A DNA stretch of 60,308 nucleotides, filler included. It is 8 parts of 8 records of this genome, joined end to end, with 100 filler letters (N's around TTAATTAATTAA, not from the genome) between each part and the next. Parts side by side here need not be neighbours in the genome. Positions count along the whole stretch, not along the records: positions 10,817 to 18,015 come from SRR31147125_38983; positions 18,116 to 26,157 come from SRR31147125_38995; 6 more parts are not named here. One strand, written 5' to 3'. The translations under genes and the position numbers were made by a program. Positions 10,817-21,058 of this stretch are shown piece after piece. The notes under the pieces are model-generated. The model was not told where the DNA came from, made no database searches, and saw only the letters and a program-made list of their open reading frames with translations. Each line of letters begins with the position of its first letter. Position 1 is the first letter of the stretch.

Positions 10817-12010
10817 CCGTTTCTCCTTGAATCCTTCGTCGAACGTGAGGGCAAACTCGTTAAAAACGGGACCACTGAACAATACCTTTGCCGCCCCCGC
10901 TTCAAGCAGTCCGGCCCGCAGGTAGGCGGCCTTGTCATAGTTGAGCCGCGCCAGCTCCCGTATTCCGGTTTTACCCAGTGTGGCCATATGGATGCCCGCC
11001 GTCAGCGCGCACAACCCCTGGTTCGAGCAGATATTGGAGGTCGCTTTTTCCCGCCTGATATGCTGCTCGCGGGTGGACAGCGTCAGCACGAAGCCGCGCT
11101 TCTCGTCTTTGTCGACGGTCTGTCCCACCACCCGTCCGGGCATATTGCGAATGTATTGCTGTTTGCAGCCGAACATGCCAAGCCCGGCACCGCCGAACGA
11201 CTGGGCCATACCGAAGCTCTGCCCTTCACCGCAGACGATGTCGGCACCGCCCGTGCCGGGGCTCGCGAGCAGTCCGTAGGCCAGCGGTTCGGTGAATGCG
11301 CAGACAAACAGCGCTCCGGCGTCGTGGATGCGTGCACCGGCTGCAGCGCAATCCTCGACAACACCGAAGAAATTGGGTGACTGCAGTGCAACCCCGGCGA
11401 GATCGGCACCGTCCGGCAGAGCTGACAGGTCGGTTCGACCGTCCGCGCCGACGGGCAGTTCGACGATCTCGAACGGACCCGGCTCCAGATAGGTCCGGAC
11501 CACTTCACGGTAGTGGGGGTGGATAGCCGACGAAACCGCCACCGTTTTCTTCTTCCGGGCGATGCGCAACGCCATCAGCAGGGCCTCGGCCAATGCCGAC
11601 GCACCGTCGTACATGGACGCGTTCGCGACCTCGGTTCCAAGCAGGCGGGCGGTCAGTGTCTGGAATTCAAAGATTCCCTGCAGCGTACCCTGGGCCATCT
11701 CCGGCTGATAGGGCGTGTATGCGGTCAGGAATTCGGACCGGCCGGCGAGGCTGCGCACGACTTCCGGTACATAATGGGAATAACTGCCGGCCCCGACCAG
11801 CACCGCCCGCGCCTGATCGGCGAGCATAGACGAACCGAGCGCGTCAATCCGGTCCCCGAGGCCCCACTCTGAAAGGGGGCCGGGCACATCGATCGCACCC
11901 TGGTATCGGCACGTTTCCGGAATATGGGCGAACAGCCCTTCCAGACTGTCCTGGCCAATGACCTCCAGCATCTCGCCTATCTCTTCGGCGGTATGAGGCA
12001 GATAGCGCAT
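10817..12010 (-). CDS. gcvPA: Glycine dehydrogenase (decarboxylating) subunit 1, 3'-truncated
   Basis: MRYLPHT, EFLTAYTPYQPE, NASMYDGASALAEA, TREQHIRREKATSNICSNQ. Confidence 0.95.
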
Positions 12011-12014
12011 GGGC

Positions 12015-12410
12015 TCACTCCTTCAGCATTGCGAGATAATCATCTCGGCTGAGCATTTCGTCGAACTGGTCCGGTTCCGACGGCTTGACGATCACGATCC
12101 ACGCTTTGTACGGATCCTCGTTGAGCACCTCTGGTGCATCTTCGAGCTCCGTATTGACCTCGATGATCTCGCCGCTCACGGGCAGGTAGATTTCTGAAAC
12201 CGCCTTCACCGACTCAAGCGTGCCGAACTCATCGCCCCGCTCAAACGTTGTTCCCGGTTCCGGTAGCTCGACGAACACGATATCGCCCAGCTGGTCCTGC
12301 GCGTAATCGCTGATACCGATCTTGATCGTGTCGCCCTCTTTGAGTGCCCATTCGTGATCACTACTGTAATTGATGTTCACCGGCAAATTCAGCTCTTCCA
12401 TCTCTTTCAT
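12015..12410 (-). CDS. gcvH: Glycine cleavage system H protein
   Basis: HEWA, IGISDYAQDQLGDIVFVELP and the lipoyl-lysine motif ESVKAVSE. Confidence 0.96.
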   Translation of the reverse strand: MKEMEELNLPVNINYSSDHEWALKEGDTIKIGISDYAQDQLGDIVFVELPEPGTTFERGDEFGTLESVKAVSEIYLPVSGEIIEVNTELEDAPEVLNEDPYKAWIVIVKPSEPDQFDEMLSRDDYLAMLKE

Positions 12411-12449
12411 TGTCTCGCCCCCTCTCTTCACTGGTTGATCTCATCCGTT

Positions 12450-13714
12450 TCATCGAAAACCTGGCCGTCCGATCCGGCCTGATGTCATCGCGTACTTCAA
12501 CGCGAATCTTTCTTTACCTTCCACGAGCCAGAGCTGCTCCCCGGCTCGGCACCGGCGATTCGCCCTGATAAAACCACAGCTCAGCCCCCGTGCTCTGAAC
12601 CCCTCCGGCCTGCCGTCCGCTTCGGTTGTGGCAATGCTGACGATCCGGGACTTGTCCTCCCCGACCCTGTCCACCGCCATGTCGGTCGTGCAGGTCAGGA
12701 TTGTTCCGATGACATCCCCGCTCTCATCGAGCACCACACTCGTGTCGCTGATCGGGATCTTGCGCGGGTCGTAGCCGGCAAAACCACAGGTGAAGTCGAC
12801 ATCGTCTTTGAGCAGACTGTCCGCGCCGACGAATTGCTTGGTGAAGCTCGTCCCTTTGCCGTTTGTCGGGAGCACGAATAACCACGGAGTATAACCGAAC
12901 TTCCAGTTGCCGATATCCTGATGCGAGAGCGGCAGCATCGCGCCGGTGCGCAGCGAATCCCTGGATGCCAGTCCGCATGCGGTGAGGCCGTACGGTGCCC
13001 CGGTTTCGAGCAGCCGGTTCCACAACGTCTCACCGTGCGCCCCGTCGACGAACAGCTCGAACCCGAACTCTCCGGTATAGCCTGTCCGGGAGAGCAGGAG
13101 CGGGATGGAGCTATCGATCGTCACGGGTACACGCCCTGTCCCGAAGAGGTCTCCTTGAAAGAAAAATAGCGCAGGTCATCGAGAACCCCGTCCGGGTCAT
13201 CGAGCAGTTTCTGCAGAATCAAGGCCGACGACGGCCCCTGCAGGTCAATCTTCGCGAAGGTGTCGCTGTGATCGGTGATACTCACGTCGGCGGTGGCAAG
13301 CTCGCGCAGATGATCGCAGATCAGCGGTCCCATGCCGGCGTTGACGACCACCATGTAATTGTCCGTACCGAGTTGCCCGATGATCGCATCGTCGAGCACC
13401 GTTCCATCGGTCTCGAGGAATAATCCATACACGCTGCGGCCGTCGACGAGGGGCCCCTTGCCGATACAATGGTCCAAATCTCTGGTGAACGCGTGCTGGA
13501 GCAGATCGTACGCACCGCTGCCGCCCACCGTAATGACCGCCATGTGCGACGTATCAAACAGACCGGCGCTCTCGATCACAGCCAGGTGCTCGGCCCTGGC
13601 ACCTGTCTCGTACCACAGGGGCATGTGATAGCCGCCGAAACCGGCCATATTGGCACTCTTCGACGTGTGGCAGCCGTGCAGTACCGTTTTCTTCAACTCC
13701 GTAGATCCCGTCAT
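12450..13714 (-). CDS. gcvT: Glycine cleavage aminomethyltransferase T; frameshifts at about 13153 and 12513, true stop uncertain
   Basis: FGGYHMPLWY, EHLAV, GLFDTSHM, DLQGP, SRTGYTGEFGFE, GLASRDSLR. Adding one G joins the two ORFs (FKGDLFG); adding one A gives the tail RKIRVEVRDDIRPDRTAR. Confidence 0.88.
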
Positions 13715-14172
13715 GACTCCGCCTCTTCGCTGTGATGGATTTGCAGCGGGACTTTCAGGTTGAAACTTTTGTAGACCACAAAGGTTTCCACCGACCTGAT
13801 GCTGCTGACTTTGACCGCTTCCTCGGTGTAAAATCTAAGGATACCGAAATCCTTTTCAAGCATGACCGTAACAATCAGGTCAAATCGACCGGTGACTACA
13901 CACACGGAGATAACCCCCCGCAGTTTACTGAACTCCTCGGCTTTCTTTACGAGGTCCATATCCTGAACCTGCACACCGATCATCACCACCGAGTGCTCAG
14001 GCAAGGCCTCCGGGTCCACCAGGCCGGTAATATCGAGGATGCCTTCCTTCTGGAGTTTCCTGACACGGTTGCGAACCGTACCTTCGGCGAGATCGAGCCG
14101 ACCGGCCACCGCTTTGTAGGAAACACGGCCATTCTTGAGCTCGTTGATGATCGCGATATCGGTTGTATCCAT
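13711..14172 (-). CDS. Lrp/AsnC family transcriptional regulator, first gene of the gcv operon
   Basis: N-terminal HTH (GRVSYKAVAGRLDLAEGTVRNRVRKL) and RAM domain (VTGRFDL); 4-bp overlap with the gcvT start. Confidence 0.9.
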   Translation of the reverse strand: MDTTDIAIINELKNGRVSYKAVAGRLDLAEGTVRNRVRKLQKEGILDITGLVDPEALPEHSVVMIGVQVQDMDLVKKAEEFSKLRGVISVCVVTGRFDLIVTVMLEKDFGILRFYTEEAVKVSSIRSVETFVVYKSFNLKVPLQIHHSEEAES

Positions 14173-14197
14173 TCAACACCTCTTACTAATACCTGAC

Positions 14198-14226
14198 ATT
14201 GTAGGCGATAATATCATGAATGTCAA
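14198..14226 (-). promoter_or_regulatory. Sigma70 promoter of the lrp-gcv operon
   Basis: Minus strand reads TTGACA-N17-TACAAT, 25 nt upstream of the Lrp ATG; the -35 lies within the palindrome TGTCAA-C-TTGACA. Confidence 0.75.
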
Positions 14227-14430
14227 CTTGACACAGTATTTTTAACGATATCGCAAATATTTTCAACTTTTTTATCGATACCATCAATACCGCACACCAC
14301 CCAGGAACCCATCCCCATGCCCCGGGATCCCGTCGAAACAGAGCCACCGCTCAAAGGTGTCGTCATCTCGAGAACCAGCTGATAGTATGCGCAAGCGGAT
14401 ATTGTTACGATTCAGCAAAGGAGCGGAAGC

Positions 14431-14818
14431 ATGAACGAAGTGAGTGATACAGAGCTGCTGGGGGTCATCAAGGATTTTTTGGAGATGGGGTATGTCGAGA
14501 ACATCGCAGCGATGTTTCACCAGGAACCGCGCTACCTGGAGTGGACCGGAGCCGTCCTCGACGATGAACGGTTCAACGTGAGACTGGGAGTTTCGGTGCT
14601 GTTCGAAGAACTCCTGCAGAGGGTGCCCGAACCTTACGCGCGCTACCGGTTCACTGAAAGCTCTCCTTTCCTCCGACCAGCCGCTGCTGCGCGGCGAAGC
14701 GCTCAGTGTACTCGCCATTATCGACGATCCCGAACTCAAACACATCGCAGAGCACATGTGCGGTGATGCCGACCCCCAGGTCCGGGAAATCGCTGCAGAT
14801 ATAATCGAGTCGCTGTAG
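14431..14818 (+). CDS. Small HEAT/PBS-lyase-repeat protein; frameshift near 14630
   Basis: RBS AAGGAG; N-terminal LDDERFNVRLG. The alternative frame continues LKALLSSDQPLLRGEALSVLAII...DADPQVREIAADIIESL* to TAG at 14816-14818. Confidence 0.7.
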
Positions 14819-14838
14819 CCGGCAGGCAACGAGCCCTT

Positions 14839-16353
14839 TCAACGGCCGGAGTGTATCGGCTCAAGCGCGTCATTAAGCGCCAAATAGTGGTGGAAACGCT
14901 CTTCGTAGTAGTGCGAAGCCGATGAGGAGGGAATGCACCGGCTGTCTTCATCGAGCCCGACATACTTCTCTGTCATATCCTGCAGCGAGACCCGACCGCC
15001 TCCCTGCGATTCCGCGCACCACATCGCCTGCACCGCAGCCCCCGTCGCGCCGGCTTCTTCCTGACGCAAACAAACCACCTGACAACCGAAGATGTCGGCC
15101 ACCAGCTGGCGCCACAGCACACTTTTCGCCCCGCCCCCGGTCAACCTGATCTCACGCGGATCGATACCGTTTCTCCGTATCACCTCAAGGCCGTACCTGA
15201 GACCGAAGGTGGCTCCTTCCATCGCCGCCCGGCAGATATTTCCCGGGTTGACATTGAGCCCGGTCATCCCACCCAGGTGAGCCGTCGCTGCCGGCAGAGC
15301 CGGGGTTCGCTCACCATTGAAATAGGGCAGCAGGATCAACCCTTCCGCCCCCGGCTGCGCCGCACCTGCCAGTTCGTTCAGCCGGTCAATGCTGAGATCG
15401 AAAAGAGAACGAAACAACTCCGTTGCGACCGTCACGTTCATCGTACATACCAGCGGCAGCCAACCGCCTGTCGACGAACAAAACGCGGCCAGTTCTCCGG
15501 AATCATCCACAACCGGGTGATCAGCATAGGCGTAGATTGTGCCTGAGGTACCGAGACTGGCGGTAACCACACCTTCGACGACATTTCCGGTGCCGATGGC
15601 CGCCATCATATTGTCGCCGCCACCCGACGATACGAGCACATCGGTCGGCAGGCCGAACTGCTCACTGATCGCTTTTCTTATGGTGCCCGCCGGCTCATTG
15701 GCAGCGACAAAACCGGGCAGGCAGTCCTGCAGCCCGCCGTCCGGATCCACCGCATCGAGCAGCCTGCGCGACCAGCACCGGTTGACCACATCGAAATAGG
15801 CCGTGCCGGATGCATCGCCGTATTCACAGACCCGATTGCCGGTAAGCCAGAAATTAATATAGTCGTGGGGCAGCAGAACCGTCGCCAGCCGATCGTATGA
15901 ATCGGGCTCATCCTCTTTGAGCCAGAGAATTTTCGACGCGGTAAATCCGGCGGCCACCTGGTTGCCGATCGCCGCGACAACCGCCCGCTCACCACCGGCA
16001 CGCGCGGTGATGGTGGCACATTGCGTCGTGGTTTCCGTATCGCACCAGAGTTTGGCCGGTCGAATCACCTTCCCGTCCGCATCGAGCGGAACCATGCCGT
16101 GCTGCTGGCCGGAAACGCCAATCGCCCGCACCTCGGCTGCGGACACGCCGGGACTCGACACCAGCTCTGCCAGGATTTCCTTGCAGGCGGTGATCCACGC
16201 ATCGGGATGCTGCTCCCGTCCGCCACGCTCGTTCTCAAATAAATCGTAGGCGCGGAAGCTCTCGGCAATGATCCCCCCGGCCGACTCACTGAGTACGACC
16301 CCTTTGGTTCCCTGGGTTCCGCTGTCGATTCCTATATACAGTCGATCGGACAT
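14839..16353 (-). CDS. xylB: Xylulokinase (FGGY kinase)
   Basis: IGIDSGTQG, GVSGQQHG, AKLWCD, GGGDNM, SLGTSGT, PYFNGERTP, GGGAKS; directly downstream of xylA. Confidence 0.93.
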   Translation of the reverse strand: MSDRLYIGIDSGTQGTKGVVLSESAGGIIAESFRAYDLFENERGGREQHPDAWITACKEILAELVSSPGVSAAEVRAIGVSGQQHGMVPLDADGKVIRPAKLWCDTETTTQCATITARAGGERAVVAAIGNQVAAGFTASKILWLKEDEPDSYDRLATVLLPHDYINFWLTGNRVCEYGDASGTAYFDVVNRCWSRRLLDAVDPDGGLQDCLPGFVAANEPAGTIRKAISEQFGLPTDVLVSSGGGDNMMAAIGTGNVVEGVVTASLGTSGTIYAYADHPVVDDSGELAAFCSSTGGWLPLVCTMNVTVATELFRSLFDLSIDRLNELAGAAQPGAEGLILLPYFNGERTPALPAATAHLGGMTGLNVNPGNICRAAMEGATFGLRYGLEVIRRNGIDPREIRLTGGGAKSVLWRQLVADIFGCQVVCLRQEEAGATGAAVQAMWCAESQGGGRVSLQDMTEKYVGLDEDSRCIPSSSASHYYEERFHHYLALNDALEPIHSGR

Positions 16354-16372
16354 TTTCCGCCCCCCGGCCGCT

Positions 16373-17679
16373 TCAAATAAATGAGTTGATCATATTTTCA
16401 AGATACTCCTGCCTGCCGCTGACCGCCGCAGGGTCACCATTGTTCTTTATATAGTCCTCGCACTCCTCGAGGCTCGAGTTACCGACCAGTGCCGTCTCAC
16501 CGTCACCACTCCATGAGCCATAGCGCTGTGCTCTGAACACTTCGAGAAACCCGTCTTCGATAATCGCCGCAGCAGCCACCAGCCCACGGGCGAACGCATC
16601 CATTCCGCCGATATGGGCGTGGAACAGATCAACCGGCTCAAAAGAGCCGCGTCTCATTTTGGCGTCGAAGTTCATACCACCGGACCCGAGTCCTCCGGCT
16701 GCAAGCACTTCGAGCATCGCATAAACGGTCGAATAGATATCGGTTGGAAACTGGTCGGTGTCCCATCCAAGCAGATAATCTCCTCGATTGACATCCATAC
16801 TGCCCAGACAGTCGGCAGCGGCTGCCACCGCGAGTTCATGCTCGAAGGTGTGTCCGGCCAGCGTCGCGTGATTGGCTTCGATATTGAGCTTGAAATGATC
16901 GATCAGGTCATAGGTTTTGAGAAAATTGAGAATGGTCGCCGAATCGAAATCGTATTGATGCTTGGTCGGTTCCTTGGGTTTCGGCTCGATCAGGAACTGT
17001 CCGGTAAATTCGATTTTCTTTGCATAGTCAACGCACATGTGCAGAAAAGCCGCCATCTGCTCCTGTTCCTGCTTCATCCTGGTGTTCAGCAGCGTCTCGT
17101 ACCCTTCCCGGCCGCCCCAGAACACATAGTTTTCACCACCCAGCCTGCGCGTTGCATCGAGTGCCTGCTTCACCTGCGCACCCGCATAGGCGAACACATG
17201 GTAGTCCGGATTGGTCCCCGCCCCATGGACATAACGGGGATGGCTGAACAGATTCGCGGTCCCCCAGAGCAGTTTGACGCCGGTATCCTTCTGCCGGTTT
17301 TCCGCATGCTCAGTCATAACTTCAAGGTTCCGACAGGACTGTGCAAATGAATCTCCTTCAGGGGCCAGGTCTCTATCGTGAAAACAATAATAGTCGACGC
17401 CAAGCTTGGTGAAAAATTCAAAAGCCGCATCACAGGTTGCCCGGGCGTTGTCCATGGGATCGCCGAAGCGGTTCCACGCCCTATCCATAGTCGGCGCTCC
17501 GAAGGGATCCCCCCTTCGTTTTTCAACGTATGCCAGTAGGCAACGGCAAAACGCAGATGCTGAGCCATAGTCTTACCGACAACGACCCGGTTCCGGTCGT
17601 ACCATTTGAATGCAAGCGGATTTTTTGATTCACGTCCTTCAAATGCAATTGTATCGATCTCTGGGAAATAGGCTGTCAT
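16373..17679 (-). CDS. xylA: Xylose isomerase (class II); frameshift at the C6 run 17509-17514
   Basis: [59 protein letters not shown]. Adding one G restores [10 protein letters not shown]. Confidence 0.94.
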
Positions 17680-17717
17680 AATTGTCCCTCCTGTAACCGT
17701 CACCTTCTACGCAACCA

Positions 17718-18015
17718 TTACTTCTTATTCTGCAGGCGATCCAACGGCGATTTATATATTTCACTCAACACCAAGCCAGCCGCACCCTGTGCCCAGTCAT
17801 GGTCATTCCATTCCTGCACGATGACCCGGGTGGCCCGAGCCTGCGGTTTATTAACGATTTTTTTCAGCAACCGGTTCATCGGTTTAAAAACCATATCACC
17901 GGCACGGATACCTTCTCCGGTTATGATGATCCGCTCCGGGTTGAAGATCTGTATGAGACCGGCAATCCCCTGCGCCAGCGATTCACCGCTGCGGGTAAAA
18001 AGTCTGCGCAGCCCC
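17718..18015 (-). CDS. ROK-family regulator (XylR-like), C-terminal fragment; not in the ORF track
   Basis: Minus frame reads ...SGESLAQGIAGLIQIFNPERIIITGEGIRAGDMVFKPM...DWAQGAAGLVLSEIY...KK*, a typical ROK C-terminus; directly upstream of xylA. Confidence 0.8.
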
Positions 18016-18115
18016 NNNNNNNNNNNNNNNNNNNNNNNNNNNNNNNNNNNNNNNNNNNNTTAATTAATTAANNNNNNNNNNNNNNNNNNNNNNNNNNNNN
18101 NNNNNNNNNNNNNNN
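18016..18115. other. Artificial contig spacer
   Basis: N-run, TTAATTAATTAA, N-run. Confidence 0.97.
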
Positions 18116-18116
18116 G

Positions 18117-18971
18117 GTAATTCGATTTACGGATGAGAACGGCGACATCCGAACCGGCTGCAGTTACGATAATGATTCCGCGATCATTGTTCCGGATGAT
18201 ATTTTTTCCAAAGCGTTTCAAACCGTTGACGTCAAATCCGGTACGCGTGCGGCGGTCAAACAACTATTGGTCCCGTTTATACCCAGGGCAATCTTGTGCA
18301 TCGGGCTGAATTACAAAATGCATGCCGAGGAAACAGGGTTGTCGCTGCCTAAACATCCGGTGCTGTTCATGAAGAATCCCGGTGCTGTGACCGGTCCGTT
18401 TGATGATATCGTGATTCCAACGTCCTGTTTGGATCCGTTGCAGGTGGACTATGAAGTGGAGCTTGGGGTGGTCATTGGGAAAGATGCCAAAAACGTATCT
18501 GTAGACGAAGCGTTGAATTTCGTGTTCGGCTATATCTGCACCAACGACGTGTCAGCCAGACGCTGGCAGAAACATGCCGGTGGCGGGCAGTGGGTCAAGG
18601 CAAAGAGTTTCGATACATTTTGCCCCATCGGGCCCGAATTAGTGACGGCGGATGAGATTGATAATCCCCAGGATCTGACGCTCACCTGTCGTCTCAATGG
18701 GGATACCATGCAGCAGGGATCGACATCGGATATGATTTTTTCCGTGGCGGAACTGGTGGCAAGACTTTCCGAAAGTACCACCCTGCAGGCAGGGACGCTC
18801 ATATTGACCGGAACCCCCAGTGGGGTGGGATTCACTCGAAATCCACCGGTTTATCTGATGCCGGGAGATCTTCTTGAAAGCGAAATCGATGAGATCGGGC
18901 GTATGAAAAATCGGGTGGTGGCGGAAAAAGGGATGATCAATGAGACGTCGTGGGAAAAGCGGGGGTGGTAA
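18117..18971 (+). CDS. Fumarylacetoacetate hydrolase family protein, 5'-truncated
   Basis: Frame is open from 18117 (VIRFTDENG...); CIGLNY..H, DYEVEL, NDVSAR, KSFDTFCPIGP, ILTGTPSGVG. Confidence 0.9.
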   Translation, partial: VIRFTDENGDIRTGCSYDNDSAIIVPDDIFSKAFQTVDVKSGTRAAVKQLLVPFIPRAILCIGLNYKMHAEETGLSLPKHPVLFMKNPGAVTGPFDDIVIPTSCLDPLQVDYEVELGVVIGKDAKNVSVDEALNFVFGYICTNDVSARRWQKHAGGGQWVKAKSFDTFCPIGPELVTADEIDNPQDLTLTCRLNGDTMQQGSTSDMIFSVAELVARLSESTTLQAGTLILTGTPSGVGFTRNPPVYLMPGDLLESEIDEIGRMKNRVVAEKGMINETSWEKRGW

Positions 18972-19005
18972 AAAATCATGCAAAACAGATATGGAAAGAC
19001 GTTGA

Positions 19006-20508
19006 ATGAAAGATGATCATCACGACCGGACAACCATAAAAGAGCAGTTAAAAAAAGTTACCAACAGTTCCGTCTTCAATGGATCTTCAGCCAAATCAGC
19101 CTTCCTGGAGTATGTCGTCAACGAGGCGCTCCAGGGTAGAGAGAAGCACATCAAAGCCTACAATGTTGCAGTTGAAGGGCTCGGCTATGCAGAAGACTTT
19201 GATCCCCAAACCGATTCAAGAATCCGGGTTTTGGCCAATCGTCTCCGGCTCTCTTTGTCGGAATATTACCAGGGGGAAGGGGCGATGGATCCCGTACGCA
19301 TCAATCTGCCGAAACGAGGCTATGTTCCGGTTATTTCAGAAAACACCTGCAGAATTTCGACGACATCCGATACCGCCCCTACCGACGAGGGGCTCAGGAT
19401 CGTGGTGTGGCCTTTCAGTCAAGCAGATGACGGTCTCATCGACGGATCCATCTCCCACTACATCGGAGAGGAGTTGAGCACCCGGTTGGGCCTTTTCCCC
19501 GAGCTGTCGGTCATTGCGTACCATATTGCCGCCACATACCGGGATGAGGGGAAAAACCATTTCGATCTGCAAAAAGATCTTTCAGTGCGATATGTCATTA
19601 CCGGAAGAATCGTGAAAGATCTGGAGGCTTTTTCCGTTTTCACATCCTTGACGGATACCGAAACCATGACGCAAATGTGGTCCAGACGGTTTGACGACAT
19701 TCTCGAATTAGGGTCTTTGAGCCGGTTTCAAGAGACGGTGGTCAAAGGGAGCGTCGGAGCCATTGGCGGAATCGGCGGGATGATGATCGGCTCGGGAGTT
19801 CCGGGAAAAAGGGAAGTGATCACGCCGGAGATTGCCATGGGAATGTATGCCGACATGTATCGGCAGGCTCCCAATCAAGGCCTCTGCCGACAAGTGGAAT
19901 CAACCCTCATCGAAGCGTTGGCGTCTTCACCCGTGAACGCCACATTGCATGCGATGCTCTCAGATGTTTACTTAACCGGTTTTTTGTTTGGATTTTACGA
20001 TGATCCGAAAGTCCTTTTATCGGCAAGAGAGCAGATTTCCAAGGCACTTCTTGCTGATTCGGAAAACACCTTTGCCTGCATCATGAAGGCTTACTGGGAT
20101 TTTTCCCACGGTCTGTTCGATCAGGCGGAATCCGTTCTGGAACAAGTGGTTCAAAAAAATGAAGACGATATCTTCATGGTCACTTTCAGCGGCTACGGCT
20201 TTTTTCTGATGGGTCAATTCGACCGAGGCATGGAGATGATCACCCAGGCGGAAAAGATCAATCCCTTTCTCTGGCCGTACAACCAGCTCTTCTATTTTCA
20301 GAATCATATCCGGCTCGGACACTTTGACGACGCTTTGCTGGCTGCGGACCGGTTTTACATTCCCGGTTTTTTCTGGAGCCCGCTGCTGCGCACTATTGCT
20401 CTGGGGCTTCTCGGGCGCAAAAAAGAAGCCACCGTTGCCGCCGAGGACTGCTTCGGCTTCGTCCGGATTTTCAAATCAATGCCCATCTCTATCTCCGGAT
20501 ACTTGTGA
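19006..20508 (+). CDS. Putative regulator: N-terminal winged-helix-like domain, TolB-like/adenylate-cyclase-associated domain and TPRs; C-terminal frameshift near 20445 (true end lies further downstream)
   Basis: FLEYVVNEAL..IKAYNVAVEGLG..DFDPQTDSRIRVLANRLR..RINLPKRGYVP, then IVVWPF..EELSTRLGLFPELSVIA. The alternative frame gives LLRLRPDF...GLETAGL. Confidence 0.7.
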   Translation: MKDDHHDRTTIKEQLKKVTNSSVFNGSSAKSAFLEYVVNEALQGREKHIKAYNVAVEGLGYAEDFDPQTDSRIRVLANRLRLSLSEYYQGEGAMDPVRINLPKRGYVPVISENTCRISTTSDTAPTDEGLRIVVWPFSQADDGLIDGSISHYIGEELSTRLGLFPELSVIAYHIAATYRDEGKNHFDLQKDLSVRYVITGRIVKDLEAFSVFTSLTDTETMTQMWSRRFDDILELGSLSRFQETVVKGSVGAIGGIGGMMIGSGVPGKREVITPEIAMGMYADMYRQAPNQGLCRQVESTLIEALASSPVNATLHAMLSDVYLTGFLFGFYDDPKVLLSAREQISKALLADSENTFACIMKAYWDFSHGLFDQAESVLEQVVQKNEDDIFMVTFSGYGFFLMGQFDRGMEMITQAEKINPFLWPYNQLFYFQNHIRLGHFDDALLAADRFYIPGFFWSPLLRTIALGLLGRKKEATVAAEDCFGFVRIFKSMPISISGYL

Positions 20509-20843
20509 TCTCCGATCCCATTTTGACCCTTTACTACAAAGGGCTCGAAACTGCGGGATTGATCATTGCCCCCCTTCCGAGCCGTTTCATCTTTCATCGC
20601 TTCATGATTGACCTACGCGACGCGCTTCCCTTGCCTCCCCGAATTTACCGGGTGTCCATCAGATGGTACCCAATTTCCTGAATGGCCATCCGGCAGATCC
20701 CATATCGATCCCTACAGCTCGATAACCACGTTTTTTTCTCGATATTCATCTGTCTGCTGTTCCCCTTTTGAAATAATGATTTCGAGAAAATAGGGGCATC
20801 ATCGATTTGTGATAAAATAGAGAAAAGTCATCAATTTCCCCGC

Positions 20844-20880
20844 CAATGTTACTTCAATGTTACATCAAACTGTGTAACAT
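20844..20880. promoter_or_regulatory. Candidate operator: direct plus inverted TGTTAC repeats
   Basis: CAATGTTAC at 20844 and 20855 (11-bp period); ATGTTACA-N8-TGTAACAT at 20857-20880. Confidence 0.5.
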
Positions 20881-21058
20881 ACTCACTCTTGCCATAATCT
20901 TTTCAATGCGTTTATAAACTCGAATTGCAAACAGCCCAATATCCCGTGACCATATCTGTGTCGGATTCTTGTTATTATTTGTCACCCATAAGTTATGTTG
21001 ACTTTTGAAAATATTGAATCGAAGTGTTGAACCTCATGAACAAAATGGAGTGCCGGCT

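Noticed and set aside
16613..17350. 245-aa plus-strand ORF, and similar antisense ORFs over gcv, xylB, ftsH and the wbp genes
   Set aside because: Each overlaps a well-supported gene on the opposite strand or another frame; expected from codon bias.
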